Assembly (NCBI GenBank): GCA_046116545.1
Contig: CP175956.1
Span: forward strand, 513,734-577,733
Source: Candidatus Moraniibacteriota bacterium
Lineage (GTDB): Bacteria; Patescibacteriota; Minisyncoccia; Moranbacterales; GCA-2747515
DNA length: 64,000 bases
Direction of reading: 5' to 3'
The position numbers and the translations under genes are program-made. Below the pieces are notes generated by a model. The model had not been told where the DNA came from. It searched no databases and saw only the letters and a list, made by a program, of their open reading frames with translations. Shown one piece after another: positions 10,870 through 21,483 of the stretch (within the stretch, counting starts at the first letter, position 1; every line of letters begins with the position of its first letter).

Positions 10870-11691
10870 TTAATTTTTTTCTGTAATATTTAGGGGGTGT
10901 CTTTTTGAAAGTAGATTGTCTAATAATACTTTTGCCAAATTAATATTGGTTTGTGTAAAATAACTATTGAATAAACATGTTCTATTTATTTCTATCAAAA
11001 AAAATCCAGATTCAGTAATTGCCAAATCTAGCCCAATAAGGTCAAAGGTGTTTTTTTTTATTATTTTTTGAGTAAAATTTAATATATCTAAGGATAATAT
11101 TTCTGAACCTATGACTTTAACTTTGGAGGTTAAAGTTTTTGAACTTTTAACAGTTGCCTCAGGTAATACCTCATTGCAAACTACATATATACGATATTCT
11201 TTTTGTATATGCATTTTATCTTGAATAATATATTTGTTTAAATTCATTTCATCCAATTCAGTTGAATCAAAGAAAATACCTTCAGCTCTACCAGAAATTC
11301 TTTCTTTTGTAATACGATTTTTATTATCTGCATCAGTGATCGAATTTAGTAATTGAGTTTTTGGCATAAAATCAGTAAATATTTGATATTGTAACCACTT
11401 ATCTTCAAAATAAATATCATCAATAGTTTTTAAATTATCAATAATATAGGCATCTTTTTTATTCTTTAATAAAATATCAAAAAGAGATGTTGCAGCATTT
11501 TTATCAAGAACACGGAAATGATATCCAAAGTATATGTAATCATAAGTGTTGTTAATTAATTTTTCTTTCAAATAAGTAGAGCTTTCATGAAAAAAATAAA
11601 AATCTATATCAACTACTGCTTGCATTTCTTGAGTTATATATAGAGGTAATGATAAATCGTTAATTCCAGTTATTAGCAGCATTTTTTTCAT
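10870..11691 (-). CDS. ATP-grasp ligase, RimK-like (divergent)
   Basis: DKWLQY, IIQDKM, EYRIYVV, GLDLA...FLIEIN. Confidence 0.75.
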   Translation of the reverse strand: MKKMLLITGINDLSLPLYITQEMQAVVDIDFYFFHESSTYLKEKLINNTYDYIYFGYHFRVLDKNAATSLFDILLKNKKDAYIIDNLKTIDDIYFEDKWLQYQIFTDFMPKTQLLNSITDADNKNRITKERISGRAEGIFFDSTELDEMNLNKYIIQDKMHIQKEYRIYVVCNEVLPEATVKSSKTLTSKVKVIGSEILSLDILNFTQKIIKKNTFDLIGLDLAITESGFFLIEINRTCLFNSYFTQTNINLAKVLLDNLLSKRHPLNITEKN

Positions 11692-11837
11692 ATTGAGCTA
11701 TTTTAGTTATTTAAATAGGAAGTTAGTAGATATTATTGAATAAACTAGTGGGTTACTAGTATTTTTATGATTTCATTTGTAATATTCAATATTAAAAGTT
11801 TTTTGTAAATAAACTTTTTTAATTATAAATAATAGAA

Positions 11838-12788
11838 TTAAGATGAAAGTGTTTTTTTAAATAATTCTATAATAGCTGTATAAACCCGTTCTCTTTCCTC
11901 GAATTGTTTTTCAGTAAAAAATAAACCAGGCATACTATTTAATTCAATTAGCCAAGGCTTTTGATTTTCATCAAACATTAAATCTATTGTATATATTTTA
12001 TTTTTAAATGTAGAGAGTGTATTTTGTACATCAGTAACTAATGTGTTAACACTGGTAGGCAATTGTTCATTTTGTAGTATCTTCATTGAACCGCCCTGGG
12101 ATAAATTAGCAAGGAAAGATCCTTTTTTAGGAATTCTTATGTAACTATAAATCAAGTCATTTTCTATAAAAACGAGTCGCAAATCATGTACAGAATCTGT
12201 AATCCCAGTTATTCCATTAGTGCTGTCTATAAATTCTTGTGCCAAGATTGGAAAGGGTAGTTCAACATTATCGATTTCATTTTTTTGTAAAATATATACA
12301 TTTTTACCTCCACTATCTGAAGATGTTTTTAAAACAACCTTTTCAGTTTTAATGCTTTGAAGGATGCTTTTTAAATCAGTAATATTTAAAGCCTTATAGT
12401 GTTTTTTAGTGTGTTGTGGAAAAAGTAAGCTTGTAAATAATTTATTATCTATAAGATTTGTAAATTCAACATCATTTATAAGGGGAAATATTTCATTGAG
12501 TGATGATTTAAATAAATCAGTTTCAGATTTTGAGCTAGTTTTATCATAAATAAGATCTGGTTTTATATTATAATCACGTATCCAAGAGCCATTTTTATAT
12601 GTCCAAACATATAAAAAAATATTATTTTTATTATCATACCATTTATAAGAAGCTCTATATAATTGAATTCCATGTTGGTTAGCTAATTCATATAGATATT
12701 CATAACAAAGAGTATACCCACTAGTCATATCTGCAAAAGCTGGTCCATTCCAATCCTTTTCACCAAATAATATTAGTACTTTTTTCAT
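11838..12788 (-). CDS. ATP-grasp ligase (RimK/YheCD-like)
   Basis: VVLK....SGGK, LAQEFID, DLRLV, ANLSQGG, IDLMFD...PWLIELNSMPG. Confidence 0.85.
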   Translation of the reverse strand: MKKVLILFGEKDWNGPAFADMTSGYTLCYEYLYELANQHGIQLYRASYKWYDNKNNIFLYVWTYKNGSWIRDYNIKPDLIYDKTSSKSETDLFKSSLNEIFPLINDVEFTNLIDNKLFTSLLFPQHTKKHYKALNITDLKSILQSIKTEKVVLKTSSDSGGKNVYILQKNEIDNVELPFPILAQEFIDSTNGITGITDSVHDLRLVFIENDLIYSYIRIPKKGSFLANLSQGGSMKILQNEQLPTSVNTLVTDVQNTLSTFKNKIYTIDLMFDENQKPWLIELNSMPGLFFTEKQFEERERVYTAIIELFKKTLSS

Positions 12789-12792
12789 AGTT

Positions 12793-13734
12793 TTATTTAA
12801 AAAATGTTAATAAATTTTCATAAAATTCACTTTGATAAGGTGCTTCACTTTGTTCTAATGTTAATCCAGGTCTAGAATTCATTTCTATAAGCCATAAGTT
12901 ATTATCATTATCAAACATACAATCAATAGCATATATTTTATTTGTAGCATCAATATTTTCTACATTTTGTATAATTTTATTGATAAATTTGTTGATGTCA
13001 TTATTTTGTAAAAGTTCTTTTATTGGAATTACTTTTAGTGTAGCGCCTGTTGATACATTTGCAATACGAGTGTCTTTTTTTGGTATTCGAGCAAATGCGT
13101 AAAAAGGTGTTTGATTTCTAACTATAACTCGGATATCATGATATCCATCAATAAATTCATTCTTCGCTTTTGATGAATCCATAAATTCCTGAGCTAAAAT
13201 AGGGAATATATTGTTTGATATAATATCATTGGCGACAGCTTCTTTTTTTGAAATAAAAATACCAGAACCACCAGATTGACTTAGGGGTTTCACAATAATA
13301 TCAGATGTTTGTAGTGCTATAATTTTAGTTACTTCACTAGGCATATTGATAACAATTGTTTTTGCAGAAAATTCTTCAAAAAAATCAAATGTAAGTGATT
13401 TATTACTTAGGATTTTACTTAATGTCAAATTATTATAAAAAGTGTAATCAGTTGCTATTAATTGCCTAGTCAGCATCTCGCTGGAGTTAATGTAATAGGG
13501 CGATTTGTCATAGATTACATCTGGTGTTATGTTTTTTTTCCAAAGCCAGTTATCATTAATAAAAAATTGTGCTTGTGTAAATGAATTACTTTGAGTATCA
13601 TAATATGATATCGGTGCACGACACAGTATTATATTATTTTTTGCAAAGTATGTATATAAGGCGCTATAACCCAGAGGATCCTTTGTTGGAGATTTAGAAG
13701 GTTCTCCACCAAAAAGAATTAGTATTGTTTGCAT
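12793..13734 (-). CDS. ATP-grasp ligase (RimK/YheCD-like), paralog of 11838-12788
   Basis: IVKP...SGGSG, LAQEFMD, DIRV, ANVSTGA, IDCMFD...WLIEMNSRPG. Confidence 0.85.
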   Translation of the reverse strand: MQTILILFGGEPSKSPTKDPLGYSALYTYFAKNNIILCRAPISYYDTQSNSFTQAQFFINDNWLWKKNITPDVIYDKSPYYINSSEMLTRQLIATDYTFYNNLTLSKILSNKSLTFDFFEEFSAKTIVINMPSEVTKIIALQTSDIIVKPLSQSGGSGIFISKKEAVANDIISNNIFPILAQEFMDSSKAKNEFIDGYHDIRVIVRNQTPFYAFARIPKKDTRIANVSTGATLKVIPIKELLQNNDINKFINKIIQNVENIDATNKIYAIDCMFDNDNNLWLIEMNSRPGLTLEQSEAPYQSEFYENLLTFFK

Positions 13735-13751
13735 ATTATTTTTTAAGTTTT

Positions 13752-15155
13752 TTACTTACTAACATCAACTAAAAATTGATGTAGATTTCGTTTGCCAATA
13801 ATTATATCATATTTCATATCACTTCTATCAATAATGTTTACTTGAGCAGGAATTATTTTTTTATCCATTGTAAATTTAGTCTTTACAATAGGGCGAATTG
13901 AGGAGCCACTTGATGCAAAAATTACTGCCACGTCAACTAAATCAGGGATTTTATTTTCAGCTAGAATAGCTTTTTTAATAGACTTTTCGTTTTTTGGAGT
14001 AATCTCGTATTTAGTTAAATCAATTTTATCAAATTCATTTATTACATGTTCAAATCCGAGTGATTTAGCAAGTTTTGTGTCTATTGATGTTGAATAAGCA
14101 CCAGTATCAATTTTTGCTTTTGTTTTAATCTCTGTATTATTTTTTCCGATAATTTTAATTTCTTCAATAGAGCCAATGACATTTTTACCAGACATTCCTT
14201 CAACCTCTTCTTCAATTTCACCACCAAAGAGATTTTTGCCAACAGCTGCTCCACGTATTGCAGATTTAATTTTTAGTCCTTCTACACGTTCAAGTCGACG
14301 TTTAAGTCCTGCCATATTTGCGACTTGGATAGAAAGTCCTGGTCGGGCATTAAGTTCAAGAAATACAGGTCCATTATCTCTATCAATTGCAACATCAGCA
14401 CCTAAAAAACCAAGTCCGGAGGCTTCTTGTGCTTTGATGGCGAGTATTAACATTTCATCCCAGTATGGAATTTTGATACCAGAAAGCAGTAAACGTGTTC
14501 CAGGTACATACTCTATAATTTTTGACTTTCCTTGTACGGCAGTTGTCGTTGTACCTCTAGCCATATCAATTCCAACACCAACACCACCTTGTTGTAAGTT
14601 TGCTTTACCTCCAGATTCTTTTGTGGGAAGTCGAAGCATTGCCATTACGGGTACTTTATTATATATAACAATACGAATATCTGGAATACCTTTATAGGCA
14701 TATGGACGAAACTCTTTTGATAATTTGAGACGTTCTTCAAAAAAAGCTATATCAGGGGTATTTGAAAGGGAATACTCACCATCTAAAATATGTCCTATAT
14801 GAGTTATCAAATCTTCTTTTGTGACTGTTTTGCCATTTCCTTTAATCCAGATGTCATCAGTTCCTTTTTTGCGACCATAAATAACTATAATACCATCACC
14901 ACCAAGACCTTTATTTGGTTTTATAACAAAACTTGGAGGTAGAATACTCCAATCAAAACTTTCTAATGTACGTTTAGAAGAAATTTGTGCAATAAGTCTT
15001 GGGACAGGGACGCCTGCTTTTTTGAGCATACGTTTCGAACGAATCTTGTCATCTGCAAGTCGCTTTGCTTTTTTAAGGTTGTGTGGGCGAATATATGTTA
15101 AATTTCGGGCATTCATCCCAAGTATGTTTTTGCTTGCGCGTATTGATTCAAACAT
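13752..15155 (-). CDS. Alpha-L-glutamate ligase-like ATP-grasp fused to a C-terminal retropepsin-like (RimK-associated) protease domain
   Basis: LGMNARN, FVIKPNKGLGGDG, GIPDIR, GKANLQQGG, LELNARPGLSIQ; C-terminal AKIDTGAYSTS...DRSDMKY.IIIG. Confidence 0.9.
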   Translation of the reverse strand: MFESIRASKNILGMNARNLTYIRPHNLKKAKRLADDKIRSKRMLKKAGVPVPRLIAQISSKRTLESFDWSILPPSFVIKPNKGLGGDGIIVIYGRKKGTDDIWIKGNGKTVTKEDLITHIGHILDGEYSLSNTPDIAFFEERLKLSKEFRPYAYKGIPDIRIVIYNKVPVMAMLRLPTKESGGKANLQQGGVGVGIDMARGTTTTAVQGKSKIIEYVPGTRLLLSGIKIPYWDEMLILAIKAQEASGLGFLGADVAIDRDNGPVFLELNARPGLSIQVANMAGLKRRLERVEGLKIKSAIRGAAVGKNLFGGEIEEEVEGMSGKNVIGSIEEIKIIGKNNTEIKTKAKIDTGAYSTSIDTKLAKSLGFEHVINEFDKIDLTKYEITPKNEKSIKKAILAENKIPDLVDVAVIFASSGSSIRPIVKTKFTMDKKIIPAQVNIIDRSDMKYDIIIGKRNLHQFLVDVSK

Positions 15156-15162
15156 GGGATTT

Positions 15163-15855
15163 TTATTTAATCTTATTTATAACATTGTGAAATCTTAGGT
15201 ACTCATTAAAACGAAGACCTGTCCATTTACCAATGAAAAGATTTATAGGAATAATTAATAAAACAGTAAGTGGGTGGACAAGTATAAGACTTATCATGTA
15301 TCTACCAATAGCAGTAGTTGGTGAAAGAATTGTATATCCAATAAGCGCTATAATTAGCGTTTCAACTGCTAATATAATTGCAGTTTTGTTTCCTTTTTCA
15401 ATTTGTACAGTAACAAATTTTTCAACAAGCATTATTATGATGATAATCGGGAAAATGGCAGTTGATGCAAAACCAGTCCTTCCAAAATATCCAGCAAGTG
15501 CAAGTGTTAAAAGGACGGAAAAGGATACTACAGTTAAGTTTATAGCAACTCTAGGAAGATAAAGTAAACGTAATTTTTTCAATACAAAACGCATACCCAT
15601 ACCAACACAAAGGACTATTGCATAAATAGCAACAGCATATTTAATATCCCAAAAGCTATCTTGTGCAATAAATACAAAAGCAATTGTAATAATAGATGGT
15701 GTATAAATACCAAATGCCTGTATACCAACTATTTGACGCAAAACAACAACGATTGTTATTACTATAGGAAATAACAATAGTAGAGTAATAGTATCTAGAT
15801 TAAGTTGTTGTGCGAGTAAAAATTGTATAATAGGACTGAAGTCAGTTACATTCAT
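15163..15855 (-). CDS. 7TM domain protein (as in inactive transglutaminase-7TM fusions)
   Basis: LRQIVG...FGIYTP, LLYLPR, FPIII, GKWTGLRFNEY.RF; usual partner of alpha-L-glutamate ligase-like genes. Confidence 0.85.
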   Translation of the reverse strand: MNVTDFSPIIQFLLAQQLNLDTITLLLLFPIVITIVVVLRQIVGIQAFGIYTPSIITIAFVFIAQDSFWDIKYAVAIYAIVLCVGMGMRFVLKKLRLLYLPRVAINLTVVSFSVLLTLALAGYFGRTGFASTAIFPIIIIIMLVEKFVTVQIEKGNKTAIILAVETLIIALIGYTILSPTTAIGRYMISLILVHPLTVLLIIPINLFIGKWTGLRFNEYLRFHNVINKIK

Positions 15856-15882
15856 AGCTTTTGTTATTAAATAGTTATAATT

Positions 15883-16383
15883 CTATTTTGTAATTGTATT
15901 TAAATATTTTCTAGAATTAATGTGACATAGTGCTACAGCAAGTGCATCAGCTGTGTCATCGGGTTTTGGAATACTCTTTAATTTTAACACACTTTTTATC
16001 ATTTTTTGCATTTGCGTTTTGTCAGCTCGGCCATAACCAGTAAGTGATTGTTTTATCTGAAGCGGTGTGTATTCTGCAATTTTTAAACCATCTCTAAAGC
16101 AAGTATTCATAATGACACCACGGGCCTGTGCAACACTTATGACAGTTTTTGCATTTTTAAAATAAAACAAGTCTTCAACTGCAGCTTCAGCAGGTTTGTA
16201 TTTTTTTAAAATAGCAAGTACGTTATCAGTAATTTCTGATAATCTAACAACATCAGACAGTTCTTTTGCTGTCTCGATGTGACCGTATGCAATAACATTA
16301 TTTTTTGTTCCACTATCATTACAGTCAATTATACCCCAACCAACAATAGCAGTACCAGGATCAATCCCAAGTATTCTAATCAT
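15883..16383 (-). CDS. ruvC: Holliday junction resolvase RuvC
   Basis: ILGIDPG, AVEDLFY, QARG, PDDTADALAVA. Confidence 0.97.
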   Translation of the reverse strand: MIRILGIDPGTAIVGWGIIDCNDSGTKNNVIAYGHIETAKELSDVVRLSEITDNVLAILKKYKPAEAAVEDLFYFKNAKTVISVAQARGVIMNTCFRDGLKIAEYTPLQIKQSLTGYGRADKTQMQKMIKSVLKLKSIPKPDDTADALAVALCHINSRKYLNTITK

Positions 16384-16416
16384 ATTTTTATCTTAGAATG
16401 TAGTATTTTAGCACTT

Positions 16417-17124
16417 TTAGGCAACATTGTCAAAGATTTCATTAACATCATCTAGCTCTTCAAGTATTTCGTAAAGATCATCATATTTTTCTGTATCTTC
16501 AGTATTTAGAGTTACTTGTTGTGTTGGATTATATATTAATTTTGCTTCATTTATGGATTCAGCTTCTTTTTCAATTCCTTTTAAGACATTATGCAGACTT
16601 GTAGGACTAGTTATTATTGTTAGATTTGAGTTTTCTTCAAATACATCTTCAGCACCAGCCTCTATAGCAAGTAATTCAGCAGTTTCTATGTCTTTTGGTG
16701 TAATTGATATATAGCCAACAAAATCAAATTGAAAACTTACGCTGCCACTAGGCACAAATTTACCATTATTTTTTTTGAGTGCAGTTTTAACGTCTGTTAA
16801 AGCACGGTTAGTATTATCAGTTGCGCATGTGATAATCATCATTGCCCCACCAGGACCCATACCTTCATAGGTGACTTCTTCAATTCTAGCACTATCATCA
16901 CCAGAGCCTTTTTTCATAGCACGTTCGATATTGTCTTTTGGCATATTAGCTTTTTTTGCTTGGTCTATAGCTAATTTTAAAGCACTATTCATTTCTGGAT
17001 CATTATCTCCATTTTGTACAGCTACCATGATAGCTTTCGCAATACGAGAGAAAACTTTAGATCGTTTAGCATCTGTAACACCTTTTTTATGTTTAATTGT
17101 TGACCATTTACTATGTCCTGACAT
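16417..17124 (-). CDS. yebC: YebC/PmpR family protein
   Basis: MSGHSKWSTIKHKK, YEGMGPGG, TDNTNR; adjacent to ruvC. Confidence 0.96.
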   Translation of the reverse strand: MSGHSKWSTIKHKKGVTDAKRSKVFSRIAKAIMVAVQNGDNDPEMNSALKLAIDQAKKANMPKDNIERAMKKGSGDDSARIEEVTYEGMGPGGAMMIITCATDNTNRALTDVKTALKKNNGKFVPSGSVSFQFDFVGYISITPKDIETAELLAIEAGAEDVFEENSNLTIITSPTSLHNVLKGIEKEAESINEAKLIYNPTQQVTLNTEDTEKYDDLYEILEELDDVNEIFDNVA

Positions 17125-17288
17125 AAGTTAGTAGAAGATTAAATATTTTAAAAGTGATTATATCATCTCATTTTTTAGTACTTTTTGCAATTATAGTGTT
17201 GATTTTTTGGACATTATAGCATATGATGTATAATCAGTTTCTAAAAGGAATTATTTGTACTTGAAAAATTAAATAAGGGGAATGTGAG

Positions 17289-18047
17289 ATGAATAGAAAA
17301 ATTGGATTTTCAACAGGTGTTATGTTTCATGTATATAATGCAATGTCAGCTAATATTATTAATATCAGTTCTGATATAGGTTGTGCAGCGTTGGAATTAA
17401 ATGTTCATACATTTCCAGAACATGTTAATTCACTACTAGGACTAAGTGATGATAATGTTATGTTTCGACAACAGTTATCTTGTGCGAATATGGATTCTTT
17501 GTCGTGTCATTTGCCATGCAATATTAATTATATATGCAAGGTACATGATGATGTAATTAGTGCAAAAAGGTCCTTGCAAAATATCGGTATATTCAGTGGT
17601 GTAACAAAACTTGTTAATTATGTTGTGGTACATCCAGATCTTGTTGTGGATTGGGACATTTTTGATGATTTTCCAATTGCTGTAGCAATTGAAAATATGG
17701 ATAATCGTAAAAATACTTTTCGTACACTTCAGGAGTTGCGAGATTTTTTTCAAAAATATCCACAATTCAGATTAGTATTTGATGTACAGCATTGGGTTGT
17801 TAATGATGGTGCTATAAGTGATATCCCAGCTATTATTGCTGAATTTGGTGACAGATTAGCAGGTATTCACCTTAGTGGCGTAGGATCTGATAAATATCAT
17901 GTTCCTGTATGTAGAACGAGACAGCGAGACCTTGTAGAATCACTACAAAACTTGCCAGCACATATCCCAATCATTCTGGAAGGTGTTTGTGAGGATGTTG
18001 ATGAGATGAAGCGTGAATTTGCTTATGTAACAAATATTTTAATATAA
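17289..18047 (+). CDS. TIM-barrel metalloenzyme (xylose isomerase-like/AP endonuclease 2 family)
   Basis: VVVHPD, AIENMD, FDVQH, IHLSG...HVP, ILE metal-ligand pattern. Confidence 0.7.
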   Translation: MNRKIGFSTGVMFHVYNAMSANIINISSDIGCAALELNVHTFPEHVNSLLGLSDDNVMFRQQLSCANMDSLSCHLPCNINYICKVHDDVISAKRSLQNIGIFSGVTKLVNYVVVHPDLVVDWDIFDDFPIAVAIENMDNRKNTFRTLQELRDFFQKYPQFRLVFDVQHWVVNDGAISDIPAIIAEFGDRLAGIHLSGVGSDKYHVPVCRTRQRDLVESLQNLPAHIPIILEGVCEDVDEMKREFAYVTNILI

Positions 18048-18060
18048 GGAGGAGATAAAA

Positions 18061-18363
18061 ATGAACGAGCATGAAAAAAGCATGGAAGGTCTAGTCATCA
18101 GAGATGACACAGAGACGAGACTTGAGGGATCTAAGGCTAAAATTAAAATATTACAGAATCATATGGCAGATCAGGATGAGCAATTACGTCAGTTTGTTGT
18201 TGCGGTGCGGCACATTCGTGTGGTTCTGGGAAGTTTGCCAAAAGATTGGCATGCAAAGGTGAGTGTGGGTTTTTCTCCAGTAAAGCAAGTTGAGGAAATA
18301 GAAGATATCCTTTCTGAATTGAAGGCTGACAGTTCTGATTGGATACCTCCCAATGAAGATTAA
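18061..18363 (+). CDS. Hypothetical protein (coiled-coil)
   Basis: ORF with strong SD AAGGAGGAG; terminator 18391-18420 follows. Confidence 0.7.
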   Translation: MNEHEKSMEGLVIRDDTETRLEGSKAKIKILQNHMADQDEQLRQFVVAVRHIRVVLGSLPKDWHAKVSVGFSPVKQVEEIEDILSELKADSSDWIPPNED

Positions 18364-18420
18364 TATTTATTTAAAAGAAGATAGTATAATAAACCAACAA
18401 AGATAAATCTTTGTTGGTTT

Positions 18421-21384
18421 TTATTTACATAAGTCAAATTTTTGTGAAGTGGGTGTTGTAAAAAGATAGGGCTTTTCACATGGTTGGGTTGGTAAATCTA
18501 TTTGTGTAGGCGTATAAGAATATGCCAAGACTTGATTTAATTTCAATGTTTCAGAGAAAGATTGGGCTATTAGAATAGTTTTATGCAAAAGAGAGTTTAT
18601 ATTTTGCAGAAGTGTTACAAACAAGTTTGAATTTGTCTGTACAATATCTCGTGAAGTATTGTTGGAAGAATTGTAAACAGCATTTATGGCGACTTTATTT
18701 TCCAAAATTTGTTGAGAAAACATTTTTTCATTTTTAATTGCTTGAGAAATAATTTGTTGAGTTTGATGTTGTTTTTCTAAATTAACTGGAATGGTCCATG
18801 TCCAGATACCATCAATTTTTTCAAATGATGAATTGTCTTGTATAGATATGTCTTTATGACCATATTTTTGTTTATCGGCAACGGATCCATTTGGACGACG
18901 AATTTCTATAACACCTGTTTTGTTAGGGAGACTGATAGCTGTATATTTTTTGGTTATTTTTTTAGTTTTTCCAGGCTTTAATATTAATTTGTCATAAATT
19001 GGATGATTCACTAAAGTTTTTTCTTTTACTCCTGTGGCGATGCTCCAATTTTGGAGATTAATTTTTTCTTTACTTTCATTTTTTATAATAATATATTCAA
19101 CACCACTATCTTTTCCGCTAGGATTTGGAACTATTTTTGTAATTTCAATTTTGTGTTTGGGGTATTTTTTGACGGTAACAGTGAATTTTTTTATTATTTC
19201 TTCACTTTTATCTTGAATTCGTAGGTTGCCATGATAAGTACCAGTTTTTGTGTATCTGTGTCGAGTTTTCCATAAATAACTTTTACGACCATCACCAAAG
19301 TCCCAACGAACTTTTAATTTCTCGCTATCTTTGTCAGTAGCTTTTGTTTTAAAATTAGCATAAACATTTTTATAAGAATTTTTATCTATATCAAATTTTG
19401 TAATGGTTGGAAGATTATTAAAAACATTCTTTTTGCTAGGTGTTAAATATTTGCTCCATCGCCAACTTTTTGAATCAGTATTGTAATTGTAAGAAATATC
19501 TTCTCGGGATGATTTATAAGATATTGAGCTTACTATTTTTTCGTTTGGTGCTGTGAGTGAGACGGTTTCATTGCTATTATTTAGTGCAAAAGAAAAATTT
19601 TTCCTGTAAATTGTGAAAAATGATTTTGGTTCAATGTACTGTTTAGTTGGAAATGTGTAGGTGCCAGTCTTGGAAGAATCTTTTAGCATCCAATTTTTAA
19701 GGTTAATTTTAATGTTGTTTGGATTATAAATTTCTATAAATTCATCAGTTTTTTCAACACCACTTGGATTTGGAAGTATCTCATTTAATAATAATTTAGG
19801 ATATTTTATAGTGCGTGGATCAATTGCATTTTTTGTACCAGGAGTTGGTTCTGCATTATACCAATATTCAGCATAATTTATAGACTTGCCTTTTTGAGAA
19901 TCATTGTATTTGATTTGTGAAGTAATGGAACAGTTAGGTGCAATGAGTGAAATATTATCTCCAGAATTATTTAGAGTGAACCTGAAATGGTCTTTTGTAA
20001 GTTTGATATAAAGTAAGGTTGTGTCTGGGTTTTTGTTTTCTAATGTTCCAGAAATTGTTGAGGAATCTGTTAATTTCCAACCATCTAAAGATACTTTGTC
20101 AGGATTGTAAAGTTCAATAAATTCTTCTGTTTCTGTGCAATGGGGAGTATCTTTTTTGCAAGGATTAGGATAAATTTCATTTATACGAACAGTACTAGAT
20201 AAATTTGTAGGCAAATAATCACCAGGAAAAGGACATTTGTTTATATGAAAATCAGCTTTATTGTTGTCAGTGTCAATATATTTACCATCTTTTTTATTTC
20301 GCTCAATACTTTCATTTTTGTTTGGACTTTGAGTTGATGTTTCTTCATATAAACAAGTATTTCCGAAGCCAACTTTATCAATGATATTGTCGTTATCATC
20401 GTATAAAATAATCGTTGAATCATTAGTTATGGTAGCACTTTGACTAGAGAATGTAATACTATTAGTCCAAGCAGGCTTAGGATTATCCTTATGTGTGATT
20501 ATGAGATATTTGTGAGCTTCGATCACGCCAGTAAAAGCGCGTGAAGATATAAGATTTTTATCTTTTTTTATTTTATCACACTTATTTTTATCTGTTGTTC
20601 TAGTTATATTTCTTTTCAAACTATAACCATTGAGAATGATATTTTTATCAGTTGTATTATATAATTCTATGTATTCCTCATGATGTTTTGAGTTGGAGGC
20701 GGAAGTATCCAATAATATTTCAGTAATGAGGATAGTTTTTTCTATAATTGGAATATCTTCTAGTGGAATCTCAGATTTATTTTTTGTAAGAGGTTTTGTG
20801 ATAGTTTGTATAGTTTCTTTACTTGTACTTGTAGGTTCAAAATTTATGTCTGTATCACTAGCATCTTGTTTCATTGGAGGAGTTTCAGTATATGCCTCGA
20901 TAGAGTGCTCTGTAGAGATATCTTTTTGTTTAGGCAGGCTTTCTTTTGAAATAGATTCATTTTCAATAGTCTTTTCTTTTTCTTGTGATGTAGTAGATTC
21001 ATTTTGAGATGTGGAAATAGAGTCACAATCCGATTCTACTGTCTTTGTTTCAGATTTATCAGCAGTAATTTTTGTGGATTTGGAGGGTTTTTCATCTTTT
21101 GTAATCGATTTTTTATCTGTATCTTTTTTTGTAGTGGACAGACATGTCTGTCCACTACAGTTATCAACATCTTCTATGTCAGAAGTAGTTATGTCAGATT
21201 TGGATTTCTCACTATTTTTGGTAGAAATAGGCTTTGCATCAGTGGAGTTAGTGGTAGTCTCATCAAGAGAAAAAACACTATGTGAAAACAAAGAAAAAAG
21301 ACAAAATAATAATAAAATACCTTTAAGAAGTGTAGGGGATAATATGGTAAAAACTTTTTTCATACAAAAATAAGTTAGCAACAA
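18421..21384 (-). CDS. Large secreted protein with four lamin-tail domains and a PKD domain
   Basis: Signal peptide, S/T/K/E-rich linker, four (I/L).(N/T)EI..(NP)...E(F/Y)IE.YN-type repeats, WDFGDG PKD motif; real start probably MKKVF at ~21363. Confidence 0.85.
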   Translation of the reverse strand: MLLTYFCMKKVFTILSPTLLKGILLLFCLFSLFSHSVFSLDETTTNSTDAKPISTKNSEKSKSDITTSDIEDVDNCSGQTCLSTTKKDTDKKSITKDEKPSKSTKITADKSETKTVESDCDSISTSQNESTTSQEKEKTIENESISKESLPKQKDISTEHSIEAYTETPPMKQDASDTDINFEPTSTSKETIQTITKPLTKNKSEIPLEDIPIIEKTILITEILLDTSASNSKHHEEYIELYNTTDKNIILNGYSLKRNITRTTDKNKCDKIKKDKNLISSRAFTGVIEAHKYLIITHKDNPKPAWTNSITFSSQSATITNDSTIILYDDNDNIIDKVGFGNTCLYEETSTQSPNKNESIERNKKDGKYIDTDNNKADFHINKCPFPGDYLPTNLSSTVRINEIYPNPCKKDTPHCTETEEFIELYNPDKVSLDGWKLTDSSTISGTLENKNPDTTLLYIKLTKDHFRFTLNNSGDNISLIAPNCSITSQIKYNDSQKGKSINYAEYWYNAEPTPGTKNAIDPRTIKYPKLLLNEILPNPSGVEKTDEFIEIYNPNNIKINLKNWMLKDSSKTGTYTFPTKQYIEPKSFFTIYRKNFSFALNNSNETVSLTAPNEKIVSSISYKSSREDISYNYNTDSKSWRWSKYLTPSKKNVFNNLPTITKFDIDKNSYKNVYANFKTKATDKDSEKLKVRWDFGDGRKSYLWKTRHRYTKTGTYHGNLRIQDKSEEIIKKFTVTVKKYPKHKIEITKIVPNPSGKDSGVEYIIIKNESKEKINLQNWSIATGVKEKTLVNHPIYDKLILKPGKTKKITKKYTAISLPNKTGVIEIRRPNGSVADKQKYGHKDISIQDNSSFEKIDGIWTWTIPVNLEKQHQTQQIISQAIKNEKMFSQQILENKVAINAVYNSSNNTSRDIVQTNSNLFVTLLQNINSLLHKTILIAQSFSETLKLNQVLAYSYTPTQIDLPTQPCEKPYLFTTPTSQKFDLCK

Positions 21385-21483
21385 TATTCCCCTAAATATT
21401 AGTTATAAGAATAGCAAATTGTTTTGTATATGGTCAAATTTAATAATATAAAACCACCAATTTGAATTGGTGGTTTTTGAAAT

